Shown: positions 1 through 9,553, counted from the first letter of the stretch. The stretch: 58,882 nt of DNA from a bacterium (GCA_900299305.1 OMJJ01000119.1:1-58882), one strand, 5' to 3'. The notes: a model not told the origin generated them from the letters alone. A program made the numbers and translations.

Positions 1-1
1 C

Positions 2-241
2 CGTGTCGTGGTTGCAACCAACACCGCCTCACGCGATGGGCGATTTATCGACTCCATTGGCTACTACAACCCGCTTACCGAACCCCCTACCGTAAACATC
101 GACGAGGAAAAAGCCCTGAAATGGCTAGGAAACGGCGCACAGCCAACGGAAGTTACCCGCGCCCTGCTTAAAAAGCAGGGGATATACGGGCGTTTTACAG
201 AGGCAAAAGCCGCCGCGAAAGCCGCTAAAAACGCCGAATAA
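2..241 (+). CDS. rpsP: 30S ribosomal protein S16, 5-prime partial at window edge
   Basis: Frame is open from base 2. [14 protein letters not shown] motif is typical of bS16. It heads the conserved rpsP-KH-rimM-trmD-rplS cluster. Confidence 0.9.
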   Translation, partial: RVVVATNTASRDGRFIDSIGYYNPLTEPPTVNIDEEKALKWLGNGAQPTEVTRALLKKQGIYGRFTEAKAAAKAAKNAE

Positions 242-275
242 GACTCCCCTTAATCTCAACCAAAATTAAGGAGTC

Positions 276-512
276 ATGCAGGTGCAACAACTGATAGAGT
301 ACCTTGTTAAAGAGCTGGTGGATGAACCCGATTCCGTTAGCATTACCGAAATCCCGCAAGAGGACGCTACCACGTATGAAGTGCGTGTAGCCCCAAGCGA
401 CTTGGGTAAAGTTATCGGAAAGCAAGGGCGCATTGCCAACGTCCTTCGTACCGTTGCGAAAGCGGCGGCAATGAAGCAGAAACGTAAAATCTACGTCGAA
501 ATCATCGCCTAG
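276..512 (+). CDS. KH-domain RNA-binding protein (YlqC/UPF0109-like)
   Basis: 78 aa. GKVIGKQGRIANVLRTV contains a KH GXXG loop. It sits in the conserved position between rpsP and rimM. Confidence 0.85.
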   Translation: MQVQQLIEYLVKELVDEPDSVSITEIPQEDATTYEVRVAPSDLGKVIGKQGRIANVLRTVAKAAAMKQKRKIYVEIIA

Positions 513-596
513 TTTTACGTAACGCAAAAGTACCCCAAGAGTGCCGCCTCCTGCTATCCTCCTGCCCAACAAAAGGGTGTTTAAGGGTATCTAAGG

Positions 597-1133
597 ATGT
601 CGCATCCCGAATGGAACTTGACCATCGGCGAGATTGTCGCCCCTTTTAGCCGCTTCGGAGAGGTAAAGGTTCGTATCGAAACCGACTTCCCCGAACGGTT
701 TGAAGACCTAAAGACGGTCTGTATTCGTGCCACAGACGGCAGTGCCAAACTCATGCAGATAGAGCGGGTACGCTTCCATAAGGGGCAGGTACTGCTCCAT
801 CTGCGTGGTGTCTCCTCTATCGACGAAGCAGATGAGTTGCGTGGCTCACTGGTGCAGGTACGCCGCACCGATGCCGTTACGCTATCCAAAGACGAGTACT
901 TTGTTCACGACCTTGTGGGCTGTACCGTAGTACAGGAGAACGGCGAAGCGTTGGGAACGCTCACCTCGGTTATGCGCGGCTCTGCAAACGATGTCTATGT
1001 AGTAGGGCAAGGCAAAAATGAGATACTACTTCCCGCTGTAAAGCAGGTAGTACGCTCGGTAGACATTGCAAAGCGGCAGATTGTGGTAACACTGATTCCG
1101 GGGCTACTACCGGGAACCGCAGAAACGGCGTAA
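597..1133 (+). CDS. rimM: 16S rRNA processing protein RimM
   Basis: 178 aa with RimM N-terminal domain and PRC barrel (EYFVHDLVGCTVV ... NDVYVV ... ILLPAV). Conserved synteny upstream of trmD. Confidence 0.9.
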   Translation: MSHPEWNLTIGEIVAPFSRFGEVKVRIETDFPERFEDLKTVCIRATDGSAKLMQIERVRFHKGQVLLHLRGVSSIDEADELRGSLVQVRRTDAVTLSKDEYFVHDLVGCTVVQENGEALGTLTSVMRGSANDVYVVGQGKNEILLPAVKQVVRSVDIAKRQIVVTLIPGLLPGTAETA

Positions 1134-1139
1134 GGCACG

Positions 1140-1889
1140 ATGCGGATAGATATTGTAACGACCCTACCCGAAATGGTTACGCCCACCCTAGAGACCAGTA
1201 TTCTCAAACGGGCAACAGAGCGCGGCTTGATGGAGTTTCGGGTCGTTAATCTGCGAGACTATACGCACGATAAACACCGTACCACCGACGACACACCCTA
1301 CGGTGGTGGGGGCGGTATGGTGATGAAGATAGAGCCTATCGCCGCCGCACTGGAAGACCTTGCGGGAAGTGATACCGCTCCCAAACCCAGAGTAGTGCTA
1401 ACCGACCCACGTGGACAACGCTGGAACCAAGCACTGGCACGAGAGTGGGCGCAAGAGGCGCACATCATTCTGCTCTGCGGACACTACGAAGGTGTGGATG
1501 ACCGAGTGCGTCAACACCTCGTCACCGACGAAATTTCGATAGGGGACTTTATCCTAACGGGGGGAGAACTCCCCGCCCTGATAATCGCGGATTCGCTCAC
1601 GCGCCTTCAAACGGGTGCACTGGGCGATAGCGAAGCCCCCGACAAAGATACTTTTAGTAACGATTTGCTAGAGTATCCGCACTATACGCGCCCCCGCGAC
1701 TTTCGGGGTTGGTGTGTGCCGGATATTCTGTTGAGTGGCAACCATGCCCTCATCGAAAAGTGGCGACGCTGGAACCAACTGCGAGCGACACAAGAACGAA
1801 GACCTGACCTCTTCGCCAAACTCGAACTATCGGCGAAAGACAAGGTACTGCTGGAATCGGAGGAGCCAAAGGCTCCTGTGGAATCATGA
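1140..1889 (+). CDS. trmD: tRNA (guanine37-N1)-methyltransferase TrmD
   Basis: Motifs TDDTPYGGGGGMVMK and LLCGHYEGVDDRV ... ISIGDFILTGGELPA are diagnostic of TrmD. Confidence 0.95.
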   Translation: MRIDIVTTLPEMVTPTLETSILKRATERGLMEFRVVNLRDYTHDKHRTTDDTPYGGGGGMVMKIEPIAAALEDLAGSDTAPKPRVVLTDPRGQRWNQALAREWAQEAHIILLCGHYEGVDDRVRQHLVTDEISIGDFILTGGELPALIIADSLTRLQTGALGDSEAPDKDTFSNDLLEYPHYTRPRDFRGWCVPDILLSGNHALIEKWRRWNQLRATQERRPDLFAKLELSAKDKVLLESEEPKAPVES

Positions 1890-1935
1890 CCCTTCCGCGC
1901 CCCTTTAAGGCGCAAACAGAGATACGAGGAGAACT

Positions 1936-2406
1936 ATGGCACTCGGAAAGAATGTTATTGCAGAGATTGAAAGAGAAGAGATGGTGCGCTCTCGCGACAT
2001 CTGGGTAAACAACGAGAACCGCCGCCGCGAAACAGAGGCAAAAGAGAAAAAGCGCAAAGAGTGGGAAACGGTCTCCCTAGAGAACCGCGCCTCCCTTCCT
2101 AAGTTCCGCGAAGGAGACACCGTGCGCGTCCATGCCAAAGTGGTAGAGGGCGACAAAGAGCGCGTACAGGTCTTTGAAGGTGTAGTTATCGCCACCAACA
2201 ACAGCCTGAACCGCGAATCGTTCACGGTACGCAAAATCTCCCATGCCGCGGTAGGCGTAGAGAAATCCTTCCTACTCCACTCACCGCGCATTGAGAAAAT
2301 CGAAGTGTCCCGCTACGGAAAAGTACGCCGCGCCAAACTCTACTACCTCCGCGCCAAAATCGGCAAGTCGGCACGTATCAAAGAGGACAGGCATCCTACT
2401 CGCTAG
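1936..2406 (+). CDS. rplS: 50S ribosomal protein L19 with a charged N-terminal insertion
   Basis: [30 protein letters not shown] ... FTVRKIS ... GVEKSF..HSP.I..IEV matches bL19. At 156 aa it is longer than the usual about 115 aa. Confidence 0.9.
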   Translation: MALGKNVIAEIEREEMVRSRDIWVNNENRRRETEAKEKKRKEWETVSLENRASLPKFREGDTVRVHAKVVEGDKERVQVFEGVVIATNNSLNRESFTVRKISHAAVGVEKSFLLHSPRIEKIEVSRYGKVRRAKLYYLRAKIGKSARIKEDRHPTR

Positions 2407-2446
2407 GTATTTGCCCTGTGCGTCTTACCTAACACCTACTTTTGCA

Positions 2447-2478
2447 CCCTCTCCTAACTCTTTAGGAGAGGGATTTTG
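2447..2478 (+). terminator. Rho-independent terminator after rplS
   Basis: 11-bp stem CCCTCTCCTAA/TTAGGAGAGGG with a 4-nt loop, followed by ATTTTGTG. Confidence 0.7.
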
Positions 2479-2516
2479 TGCAACTATGGGAACCATATAG
2501 ATAGGCAGACGGAAAG

Positions 2517-3071
2517 GTGATGCGAGAGCCTTTCCTGCGTCGCTTGCCAAATGGCTTACCGTATCATCAGTTTCATTTTCAAGTAGTACGGTTATGGGAA
2601 GTTCCGGTAGAAGAGTTTCTTGAAGGCGGTTTGGGTACTCTCCCTCTTGCACCGTTGTGTCGTGTATCTAAGAGGGAACTCCCGTCTGTTATTCGGCGTA
2701 TGGAAGAGCGTATTGGGCAGGAGAGCATCGATGCTGAGCGTACATGGATAGCGACCTATGTACTGATGGGATTACGATACGATTCGGCGTTTATCGAGCA
2801 GTTGCTGAGAGGAGTACAGACGATGGAAGAGTCAGTGACTTATCAAGCCATTATCCGAAAGGGAGAGGCGAGAGGAAGAGTAGAAGGAAGAGTGGAAGGG
2901 GAGTTAAACCTCCTGCTGTTGTTAGGTCGTAACCGTTTTGGTGAGCCGACTAAGCGAACTCTCTCTAAGCTCCAGTCCATTACCTCAACAGAGCGGCTAG
3001 AGCGATTGGCGATACGGATGCTTACCGCAGAGAGTTGGAAAGAACTCCTCGCCGATACCTACCCCGACTAA
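2517..3071 (+). CDS. Rpn/YhgA-like (DUF4351-type) protein, C-terminal portion only; possible remnant of a putative transposase/nuclease
   Basis: FQVVRLWEVP..EFL...LGTLPLAPL plus the C-terminal EARGRVEGRVEGELNLLLLLGRNRFGEP...L..I....LERL pattern is typical of Rpn-family/DUF4351 proteins. No N-terminal PD-(D/E)XK segment is visible upstream. Confidence 0.5.
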   Translation: MMREPFLRRLPNGLPYHQFHFQVVRLWEVPVEEFLEGGLGTLPLAPLCRVSKRELPSVIRRMEERIGQESIDAERTWIATYVLMGLRYDSAFIEQLLRGVQTMEESVTYQAIIRKGEARGRVEGRVEGELNLLLLLGRNRFGEPTKRTLSKLQSITSTERLERLAIRMLTAESWKELLADTYPD

Positions 3072-3111
3072 CCCCAAAACCTATTTTTATCTACTAGGAG
3101 AGTAAAGCACA

Positions 3112-3912
3112 ATGGACTATCTCGCGCAGTTATCAACCCCTTCGGCTACAGAGGCTCCCCCTACGGAGGTTCTGGCAAACCTGAGCATCGGAACCATCGG
3201 GTTGATAGTACTTATTCTCTCTGTGATGCGCTTTGGGCTACTCAAGCCCACCGCCCCCTCCAAACTCAATGGGATGATGCGAGGGGCGGCAGAGGTCTGT
3301 GAATCGATTTTGGTTGCGTTTGCCCTTGTGTTTATGCTCATTCGCCCCTTTCTCTTTCAGGCATACTACATCCCCTCCCCCTCCATGGAGACCACACTAC
3401 TCGGTCATAATGCAGGAGAAAATGGCTACACCGATTCCGCCAGCGACCATATCTTCGCAAACAAACTTATCTACCGCTATAGCGACCCAGAGTACAAAGA
3501 TATAGTGGTGTTTCGCGCCCCCAAAGAGGCAGACAAGGAGTCGATTTCGCTTGGCAAGCCCCCCAAAGAGAACAACCTTATCAAGCGCGTAATAGGTAAA
3601 CCCGGAGACACCATTCAGGTAAAAGATGTAGAGACCGTTATCAATGGTGAGCATACTCTACAGGCAAAGGTGTTTCGGAACGGAAAAGCACTCGATGAGC
3701 CCTATATCCGTGAGCCGATGACGGCATTTCAGCATACCGATTTCGCTACCGAAGCCCCCCTGAAACTCGGTGCGAACGAGTACTTTATGATGGGGGATAA
3801 CCGCAATATGAGTAGTGACAGCCGCTACTGGGGAGTAGTGACCCGTGACCGTATTATTGCAAAAGCCAGTATAATTTTTATGCCCTTCCAGCGATTTGGA
3901 CGGCTACACTAA
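3112..3912 (+). CDS. lepB: Signal peptidase I (copy 1)
   Basis: TM helix, then IPSPSMETTL (catalytic Ser box), KRVIGKPGD (catalytic Lys box) and GDNRNMSSDSRYWG (box E). Confidence 0.9.
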   Translation: MDYLAQLSTPSATEAPPTEVLANLSIGTIGLIVLILSVMRFGLLKPTAPSKLNGMMRGAAEVCESILVAFALVFMLIRPFLFQAYYIPSPSMETTLLGHNAGENGYTDSASDHIFANKLIYRYSDPEYKDIVVFRAPKEADKESISLGKPPKENNLIKRVIGKPGDTIQVKDVETVINGEHTLQAKVFRNGKALDEPYIREPMTAFQHTDFATEAPLKLGANEYFMMGDNRNMSSDSRYWGVVTRDRIIAKASIIFMPFQRFGRLH

Positions 3913-3945
3913 CCTACCTTATAGAAGCAGAGTGAGAACGTTGTT

Positions 3946-4743
3946 ATGAATTTTTTTGCACAACAGGCTACCAGTCCCATGTATGAAGTTCCCCCCACCG
4001 AAGTTTTGGCGAACATGAGCCTCGGCACAATAGGATTTATTGCGCTGATTCTTTCGTTGGTGCGTTTTGCTTTGCTAAACCCGTTCTCTAAGCGTCCCGC
4101 AACGGGCATGGCACGAGGTATCGCCGAGTTCGCAGAATCGATTCTGGTGGCATTGGTACTCGTCTTCTTGCTCATTCGTCCCTTTCTCTTGCAGGCGTTC
4201 TTTATCCCCTCTCAGTCGATGGAGAACACCCTTTTGGGGCATACGGCGGGCAAAGATGGCTACACCGATACCGTCAACGACCACATTTTCGTTAATAAAC
4301 TGGTCTTCCGCTATAGCGACCCCCAACACCAAGATATTATCGTGTTCCGCGCCCCCAAAGAGGCAGACCACGAGTCGAAGCGGCAGGGGCTTCCGCAGGT
4401 GGAAAACGTACTCATTAAGCGCGTGATAGGAACCCCCGGTGATACCCTTCAGGTCAAAGAGGTGGAGACTACCGAGGGCGGCGAGAAGCGACTGGTAAAA
4501 GCGGTGTTCCGCAATGGCGAGCAACTGAAAGAGCCGTACATAAAAGAGTCGATGGACGCGCTCACCCCGAATCCGTTTGCAGGTACGCCCCTGAAACTCG
4601 GTGCAAACGAGTACTTTGTGATGGGAGATAACCGCAACAACAGCAACGATAGCCGCTTCTGGGGAGTAGTTACCCGTGACCGCGTAATAGGCAAAGCCGC
4701 TTTTATCTTTATGCCCTTCAACCGTATGGGCAGAATAAGGTAG
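3946..4743 (+). CDS. lepB: Signal peptidase I (copy 2, tandem paralog)
   Basis: Same architecture and motifs (IPSQSMENTL, KRVIGTPGD, GDNRNNSNDSRFWG). Collinear with copy 1 over its full length. Confidence 0.9.
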   Translation: MNFFAQQATSPMYEVPPTEVLANMSLGTIGFIALILSLVRFALLNPFSKRPATGMARGIAEFAESILVALVLVFLLIRPFLLQAFFIPSQSMENTLLGHTAGKDGYTDTVNDHIFVNKLVFRYSDPQHQDIIVFRAPKEADHESKRQGLPQVENVLIKRVIGTPGDTLQVKEVETTEGGEKRLVKAVFRNGEQLKEPYIKESMDALTPNPFAGTPLKLGANEYFVMGDNRNNSNDSRFWGVVTRDRVIGKAAFIFMPFNRMGRIR

Positions 4744-4750
4744 CCCCTCT

Positions 4751-5455
4751 ATGAACTGGTGGCATGAGGAAGAACTTGTCTGGGCAGAGGGGTATACCTG
4801 TGCGGTAGGCATAGATGAGGCGGGGAGAGGGGCGTTGGCGGGTCCGGTTGTTGCCGCGTGTGTGGTGCTTCCGTACCGCTTTGCTCCTAGCGGTATCAAC
4901 GACTCTAAGCAACTCTCTGCTAGTCAGCGTGAAGAGCTCTTTACGGCAATTACGAAGGTAGCACGTGGTATCGGGGTGGGTGTGGTGGATGTTGCGACGA
5001 TTGAAGCGGTAAACATCCTTCGGGCAACACATATCGCCATGCGTCTCGCCGTACAAAACCTCCCCGCAGGACTCCAGCCCGACATCGCCCTGATTGATGG
5101 TCGCCCCGTGAAAGATTTTTCCCTCCCGCAAGTGGCACTGGTAAAAGGTGACGAGCGTTGCATCTCCATCGCCGCCGCCTCTATTATCGCAAAGGTCTCC
5201 CGCGATAGAATCATGACCGAACTCGATAGCGAGTACCCCGGCTATGGCTTCGCGGTACATAAGGGCTACGGCGTTCCCCTGCACCTCCGTGCCCTAAAAG
5301 AGCAAGGGGTATCCCCTATACACCGTCGTACTTTTCGCCCCGTGTTAGAGGCAAGTGGCGGCGTGATAAGTTTAGAAGACAAGAGAGAAAAAAGGTCTCA
5401 TGCCCGTTCAAACACTGGGACAACTCGGCGAAACCCTCGCCAAAAACTACCTTGA
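4751..5455 (+). CDS. rnhB: Ribonuclease HII
   Basis: GIDEAGRGALAGPVVAA, NDSKQLS and ASIIAKVSRD motifs. The Arg/Lys-rich C-terminal tail overlaps the next gene by 56 nt. Confidence 0.9.
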   Translation: MNWWHEEELVWAEGYTCAVGIDEAGRGALAGPVVAACVVLPYRFAPSGINDSKQLSASQREELFTAITKVARGIGVGVVDVATIEAVNILRATHIAMRLAVQNLPAGLQPDIALIDGRPVKDFSLPQVALVKGDERCISIAAASIIAKVSRDRIMTELDSEYPGYGFAVHKGYGVPLHLRALKEQGVSPIHRRTFRPVLEASGGVISLEDKREKRSHARSNTGTTRRNPRQKLP

Positions 5456-5774
5456 AACACACAAACTACAGATTATTAGTACAAACTATCACTCTCCTTA
5501 TGGCGAAATAGACATTATCGCAAAAGAGGGGGAGTGTTTTGTGTTTGTAGAGGTGAAAGCACGCAGTAACGTAAAGCGCGGAACTCCCTTAGAGGCGGTA
5601 ACGCCCCGCAAACGGGAGCGTATTCTGCTAACCGCGCAACACTGGCTTAGTACGCACCTTATGGGGAAAGAGGAGCCGCACCTCCGCTTTGATGTGCTTA
5701 GTATCGTCATGGGAAGCGACGGGCTATCTACCATTACGCACCACAAAAGCATCTTTGGAGAAGACACACTGTAG
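5400..5774 (+). CDS. YraN-family (UPF0102) endonuclease-like protein
   Basis: GE..A..YL......I...N......GEIDIIA.......FVEVKAR pattern. Conserved position after rnhB. Confidence 0.85.
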   Translation: MPVQTLGQLGETLAKNYLETHKLQIISTNYHSPYGEIDIIAKEGECFVFVEVKARSNVKRGTPLEAVTPRKRERILLTAQHWLSTHLMGKEEPHLRFDVLSIVMGSDGLSTITHHKSIFGEDTL

Positions 5775-5824
5775 CCTGTGGTAAAATACAAAAAATATAA
5801 AGCGAAACAGGAGGGCTTGGAACA

Positions 5825-6277
5825 TTGAACCTACCCCAAGAGATTGCAGAGGCTTGCGCCCCACTATTCGAGGCGTTGCCCTTAGAGAGAGCGATGGGAG
5901 AACTACTCGGCAGCCACCCCAAACAGACCGCTCTGGTAGAGAAGGTTTTGGCGAACCCCGTGCTATCAAATCGCCCCGAACTCTGCTCTGCCCTATGGCT
6001 CTATGTAGACGATTTAGAGCGAAGCCACACCATTAGCCAAAGCATAGATGGGGCAACCGGCTCCTATTGGCATGGGATTATGCACCGCAGAGAGGGCGAT
6101 TTTGGGAATAGCCGTTACTGGCATCGCCGAGCCACAGGACACCCCTTACTTGTGGGGCAACCGGAGGGTTTAGTAGGTGAGGTGGAGCGGGTTCGAGGCA
6201 AAAATCCTGCCGAACTGGTAGAAAAACAGAGGCAGGAGTGGCTTGCTTTGTTTGAGTGGTGCGCGAATACACCCTAA
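5825..6277 (+). CDS. Hypothetical protein
   Basis: 150-aa ORF with protein-like composition (HGIMHRREGDFGNSRYW motif). No family recognised and the start codon is uncertain. Confidence 0.5.
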   Translation: MNLPQEIAEACAPLFEALPLERAMGELLGSHPKQTALVEKVLANPVLSNRPELCSALWLYVDDLERSHTISQSIDGATGSYWHGIMHRREGDFGNSRYWHRRATGHPLLVGQPEGLVGEVERVRGKNPAELVEKQRQEWLALFEWCANTP

Positions 6278-6428
6278 CCTTTGTATCTCTCCCTAAAACC
6301 GTACCTGTATGTTTTTCTAGGTTTTTTTATTTTACCTTGTGAAAGTACGGGGGTAGTATGGAATAACCCTCTTGATAACCTAAGCACCTTTTATCCAAAT
6401 GGGTGCAATGTAGAGAGGTCAGACAGCG

Positions 6429-6668
6429 ATGTACGAAGCAGATATATACGTTGCTTCGGAACTCGTCACACTAACAAGGCGGGAACTAGAGATACTTACC
6501 CTAGTAATTGAAGGGCACGCCAGTAAAGAGGTGGCTGATATACTTTTTATCAGTAAGCGCACCGTAGATTTCCATCTGGATAATGTCTATGGCAAACTAA
6601 AAGTAAAGAACAAAATGCAGGCACTTCAAAAAGCAACAAAACTAGGCTTGATAGATCGAGCCGCCTAA
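6429..6668 (+). CDS. LuxR/GerE-family helix-turn-helix transcriptional regulator (stand-alone HTH)
   Basis: LTRRELEILTLVIEGHASKEVADILFISKRTVDFHLDNVYGKLKV is a canonical GerE-type HTH. Confidence 0.85.
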   Translation: MYEADIYVASELVTLTRRELEILTLVIEGHASKEVADILFISKRTVDFHLDNVYGKLKVKNKMQALQKATKLGLIDRAA

Positions 6669-6702
6669 TTAGTGTGACATTAGGCTCGAAGCCAAGTACA
6701 AG

Positions 6703-6740
6703 AGAGCAGGGAACGCCTTCCAAAGGTTGTTCCCTGCTCT
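6703..6740. terminator. Hairpin terminator between convergent genes
   Basis: 12-bp stem AGAGCAGGGAAC/GTTCCCTGCTCT. It lies between the LuxR-type gene (+) and the diguanylate cyclase gene (-). Confidence 0.5.
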
Positions 6741-6874
6741 ACTGTTTGCTGTCTTTCCGAATCGGATTCAAGAGAGGTTCTTTGCCACATCAAGTGATGT
6801 AATACCCATACGTGTTGCGTTGGGAGAGGGCTTTGTGATGTAGTTATCACCCCACAAAAAGTAGTAAGCAGTTG

Positions 6875-8407
6875 CTATTTCCCTACTTCATGGAAGTGAC
6901 TCACACGGTTTCTCCCTCCCTTCTTCGAGCGATACAGAGCTTTGTCCGCCTCGTTTACCAACTCGGCAGTGGAACGGCTTCCCGCTCGCAAGGTAGAGAC
7001 CCCCAAACTAATCGTTATCTGGCGGTACTCTATAGGGAGAGCCTCTACCGCCGTCCGAATACGTTCTGCAACCACTATTGCCCCCTCTTTATCCGTTTGG
7101 GGGAGCACGGCGACAAACTCTTCGCCCCCGTATCGGGCAACGAAATCGGTGCCTCTTGCCGCTCTTTTTAGGGTAGAAGCGACCTGCTTTAATACCTCGT
7201 CCCCTGCCGGATGACCGAAATTGTCGTTGAACTCCTTAAACTTATCTACATCCAGCAACAAACCTGAGAGCGGCGCACCAGAACGCTTTGCCCCCATAAA
7301 CTCTTCTGCCAACCGCTCTTGAAACGAACGGTGATTGTTTAGCCCAGTCAAGCCATCCGTTATCGCCATAACCTCCAACTGCTGGTTGACCTGTAGCAAC
7401 TCCATCGCCTGTATCTCTATCTCTACCCGTGCTTCGTTCACGGCAAGAAAGTGCTGTTGTACCTGCTCTTCCATACGGCGGCGGTCAGTAATATCGGCGA
7501 AAGTGACCAAAACCCCGTTAGGCTTAGATTGCTCTGAACTGGAAAGAGGACTTGCATTCACGCTTATCCATGTTGTGTTGCCGTTTGGATGCACCACTCC
7601 CATAACAACATTATGCTGTGCCTTCCCTTGTGAACGAGCCACAGAGATAGGATAGTCGTCATCCTCCCACTTAGTTCCATCTTCGTGAATAACACTCCAG
7701 CCTGGGTCTACAAGAGAGGGATTTGCTATCTGATCCTGTGTTAAGCCTAGTATCTGTTCAGCGCGTTGATTACAAACGACGACTTCTTCCTTCGCGTTAT
7801 AGAGTACAAAACCCTCCTGCATCACATCTATCGCAATGCGGAACCGCTCTTCGCTCTCTGCTAACGCCGAGACCACACGTATATAGTCTCTAAGCGACTC
7901 CTCTTGCAAATCCGAGAGGCGGTGGATTTCCAACTGTGCCGCCGCCTCTCGCCCCAAAACTTTAAGCATCTCTAGTTGCATGGTGGAGAGGTTGCGGGGT
8001 TTGTTGTCAATGACACAGAGGCTTCCTAGTGGGTATCCCTCTGAGGAGAGTAGTGGTATGCCCGCATAGAAGCGAATGTTCGGTTCACCTGTCACCAGAG
8101 GGTTTTGAGCGAATCTCTCATCTTCTAGTGCATCCGGAACAACAAGCGTGTCTGTTTGTAGAATAGCATGAGCGCAGAAAGAGTGGTCTCGGTGGGTCTC
8201 GGTAGCCTCTAGCCCTACTCGTGACTTAAACCACTGTCTCGATTCATCTACAAGGCTAATAAGGGCAATAGGGGTTTCGCAAAACAGGGAAGCCAAACGA
8301 GTGATAGTGTCAAAGGCTTCTTCGGGTTGGGTGTCTAGGATGTGGTACTCTTGGAGCGCAGTCAGACGCTCGGCTTCATGGCGGGGTAGCGGTGCAGGCA
8401 TAATCAT
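6875..8407 (-). CDS. GAF-PAS-GGDEF diguanylate cyclase
   Basis: N-terminal GAF-like region, central PAS-like region, and a C-terminal GGDEF domain (DGLTGLNN ... RYGGEEF). Confidence 0.9.
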   Translation of the reverse strand: MIMPAPLPRHEAERLTALQEYHILDTQPEEAFDTITRLASLFCETPIALISLVDESRQWFKSRVGLEATETHRDHSFCAHAILQTDTLVVPDALEDERFAQNPLVTGEPNIRFYAGIPLLSSEGYPLGSLCVIDNKPRNLSTMQLEMLKVLGREAAAQLEIHRLSDLQEESLRDYIRVVSALAESEERFRIAIDVMQEGFVLYNAKEEVVVCNQRAEQILGLTQDQIANPSLVDPGWSVIHEDGTKWEDDDYPISVARSQGKAQHNVVMGVVHPNGNTTWISVNASPLSSSEQSKPNGVLVTFADITDRRRMEEQVQQHFLAVNEARVEIEIQAMELLQVNQQLEVMAITDGLTGLNNHRSFQERLAEEFMGAKRSGAPLSGLLLDVDKFKEFNDNFGHPAGDEVLKQVASTLKRAARGTDFVARYGGEEFVAVLPQTDKEGAIVVAERIRTAVEALPIEYRQITISLGVSTLRAGSRSTAELVNEADKALYRSKKGGRNRVSHFHEVGK

Positions 8408-8588
8408 CCTTGATAACGAAGTGCGTATTTTAAGGGGTAGCGTTCTATCAGGAGTAGGCTATCCCGTACAAACATTAGCATAAACAAACATCATCATAGC
8501 ACAAAATTTTTGTAAAATCGGTATGGAGCAGGAAAACTGGTATGTGGGAGGTAACTAAGTAAGGTAGAGAGTAGGATAGGAGAGAGAT

Positions 8589-8807
8589 GTGTCTGAAACT
8601 ACCGAAGAGAGCAGAAAACTGCCGCGCCTACGCACTATACAGGGGCTACGCTGTGAACAGTGCGGTAGCCCAGAGGTTGCTCCTTTGCCTACCTTTTCGG
8701 TGGGTAGCGGAACCGCCTCTCGTACCTTTGCGGCGGATGTGATTTGTAAGCGGTGTAGGCATATCGCCCTACCTATTTTAGAGACCAAAAGAGAGGCACA
8801 AAAATGA
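8589..8807 (+). CDS. Small zinc-ribbon protein (hypothetical)
   Basis: 72 aa with CEQC...CKRC cysteine pairs and a GTG start. Its stop overlaps the next ATG (ATGA), suggesting translational coupling. Confidence 0.4.
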   Translation: MSETTEESRKLPRLRTIQGLRCEQCGSPEVAPLPTFSVGSGTASRTFAADVICKRCRHIALPILETKREAQK

Positions 8808-9553
8808 GATTTCAATGGATGTTAGGCGCGGCAGCCGTTGCCTTGCTAGGTAGCCCCGTGCTTGCCCAAGACAAGCCCGGCGGGCAGGTAGCAGAGAGTT
8901 TTGAGAGGGAGATAAAGAAAACGGTTAAAGGAGATTTTCTTATCGCTCTGCCCAAAGACTACGAGAAAGAGGCTACCAAAAAGTTTCCGCTACTTATCTT
9001 TTTACATGGCGCGGGGGAGCGCGGTAGCGACTTAGAGATGGTGAAGAAGCACGGACCTCCCAAACTGATTACGGCGGGTAAGGAGTTACCTTTTATTGTA
9101 GTTTCGCCCCAATGCCCGACAAACGAGCGGTGGTCGGTGGATGTGCTAAACGGGATGTATAAGCACGTTACCAAAAAGTACCGCGTAGACAAAGAGCGGG
9201 TCTACCTAACGGGGCTGAGTATGGGTGGGTTTGGAACGTGGGAGTGGGCAATAGATTCGCCCGGTAAGTTTGCCGCTATCGCTCCTATCTGTGGCGGCGG
9301 CGACCCCAAAAAAGTAGCCGCTCTCAAAGAGATGCCAGTATGGGTGTTTCATGGCGGTAAAGACCCCGTTGTACCCATCAAACTAAGCCAAGATATGGTA
9401 GATGCACTCAAGGCGATAGGTAGCGAAGTAAAATTCACTATCTACCCAGAGGCGGGGCATGACTCTTGGACGGAGACCTACGATAACCCAGAACTGTTTA
9501 AGTGGTTCCTCCAGTATACGCGCAAGGCAAAAGAGAAGGATAAGGGCGAGTAG
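8804..9553 (+). CDS. Secreted alpha/beta hydrolase (carboxylesterase/phospholipase family)
   Basis: Signal peptide, LLIFLHGAGERG, nucleophile elbow GLSMGG, and C-terminal GHDSW. Confidence 0.8.
   Translation: MRFQWMLGAAAVALLGSPVLAQDKPGGQVAESFEREIKKTVKGDFLIALPKDYEKEATKKFPLLIFLHGAGERGSDLEMVKKHGPPKLITAGKELPFIVVSPQCPTNERWSVDVLNGMYKHVTKKYRVDKERVYLTGLSMGGFGTWEWAIDSPGKFAAIAPICGGGDPKKVAALKEMPVWVFHGGKDPVVPIKLSQDMVDALKAIGSEVKFTIYPEAGHDSWTETYDNPELFKWFLQYTRKAKEKDKGE

Noticed and set aside
4075-4899. 274-aa minus-strand ORF.
   Set aside because: It is antisense to lepB copy 2 and rnhB, both of which have diagnostic motifs. Its product has an antisense-type composition (Ala/Arg/Ser/His-rich, no motifs).
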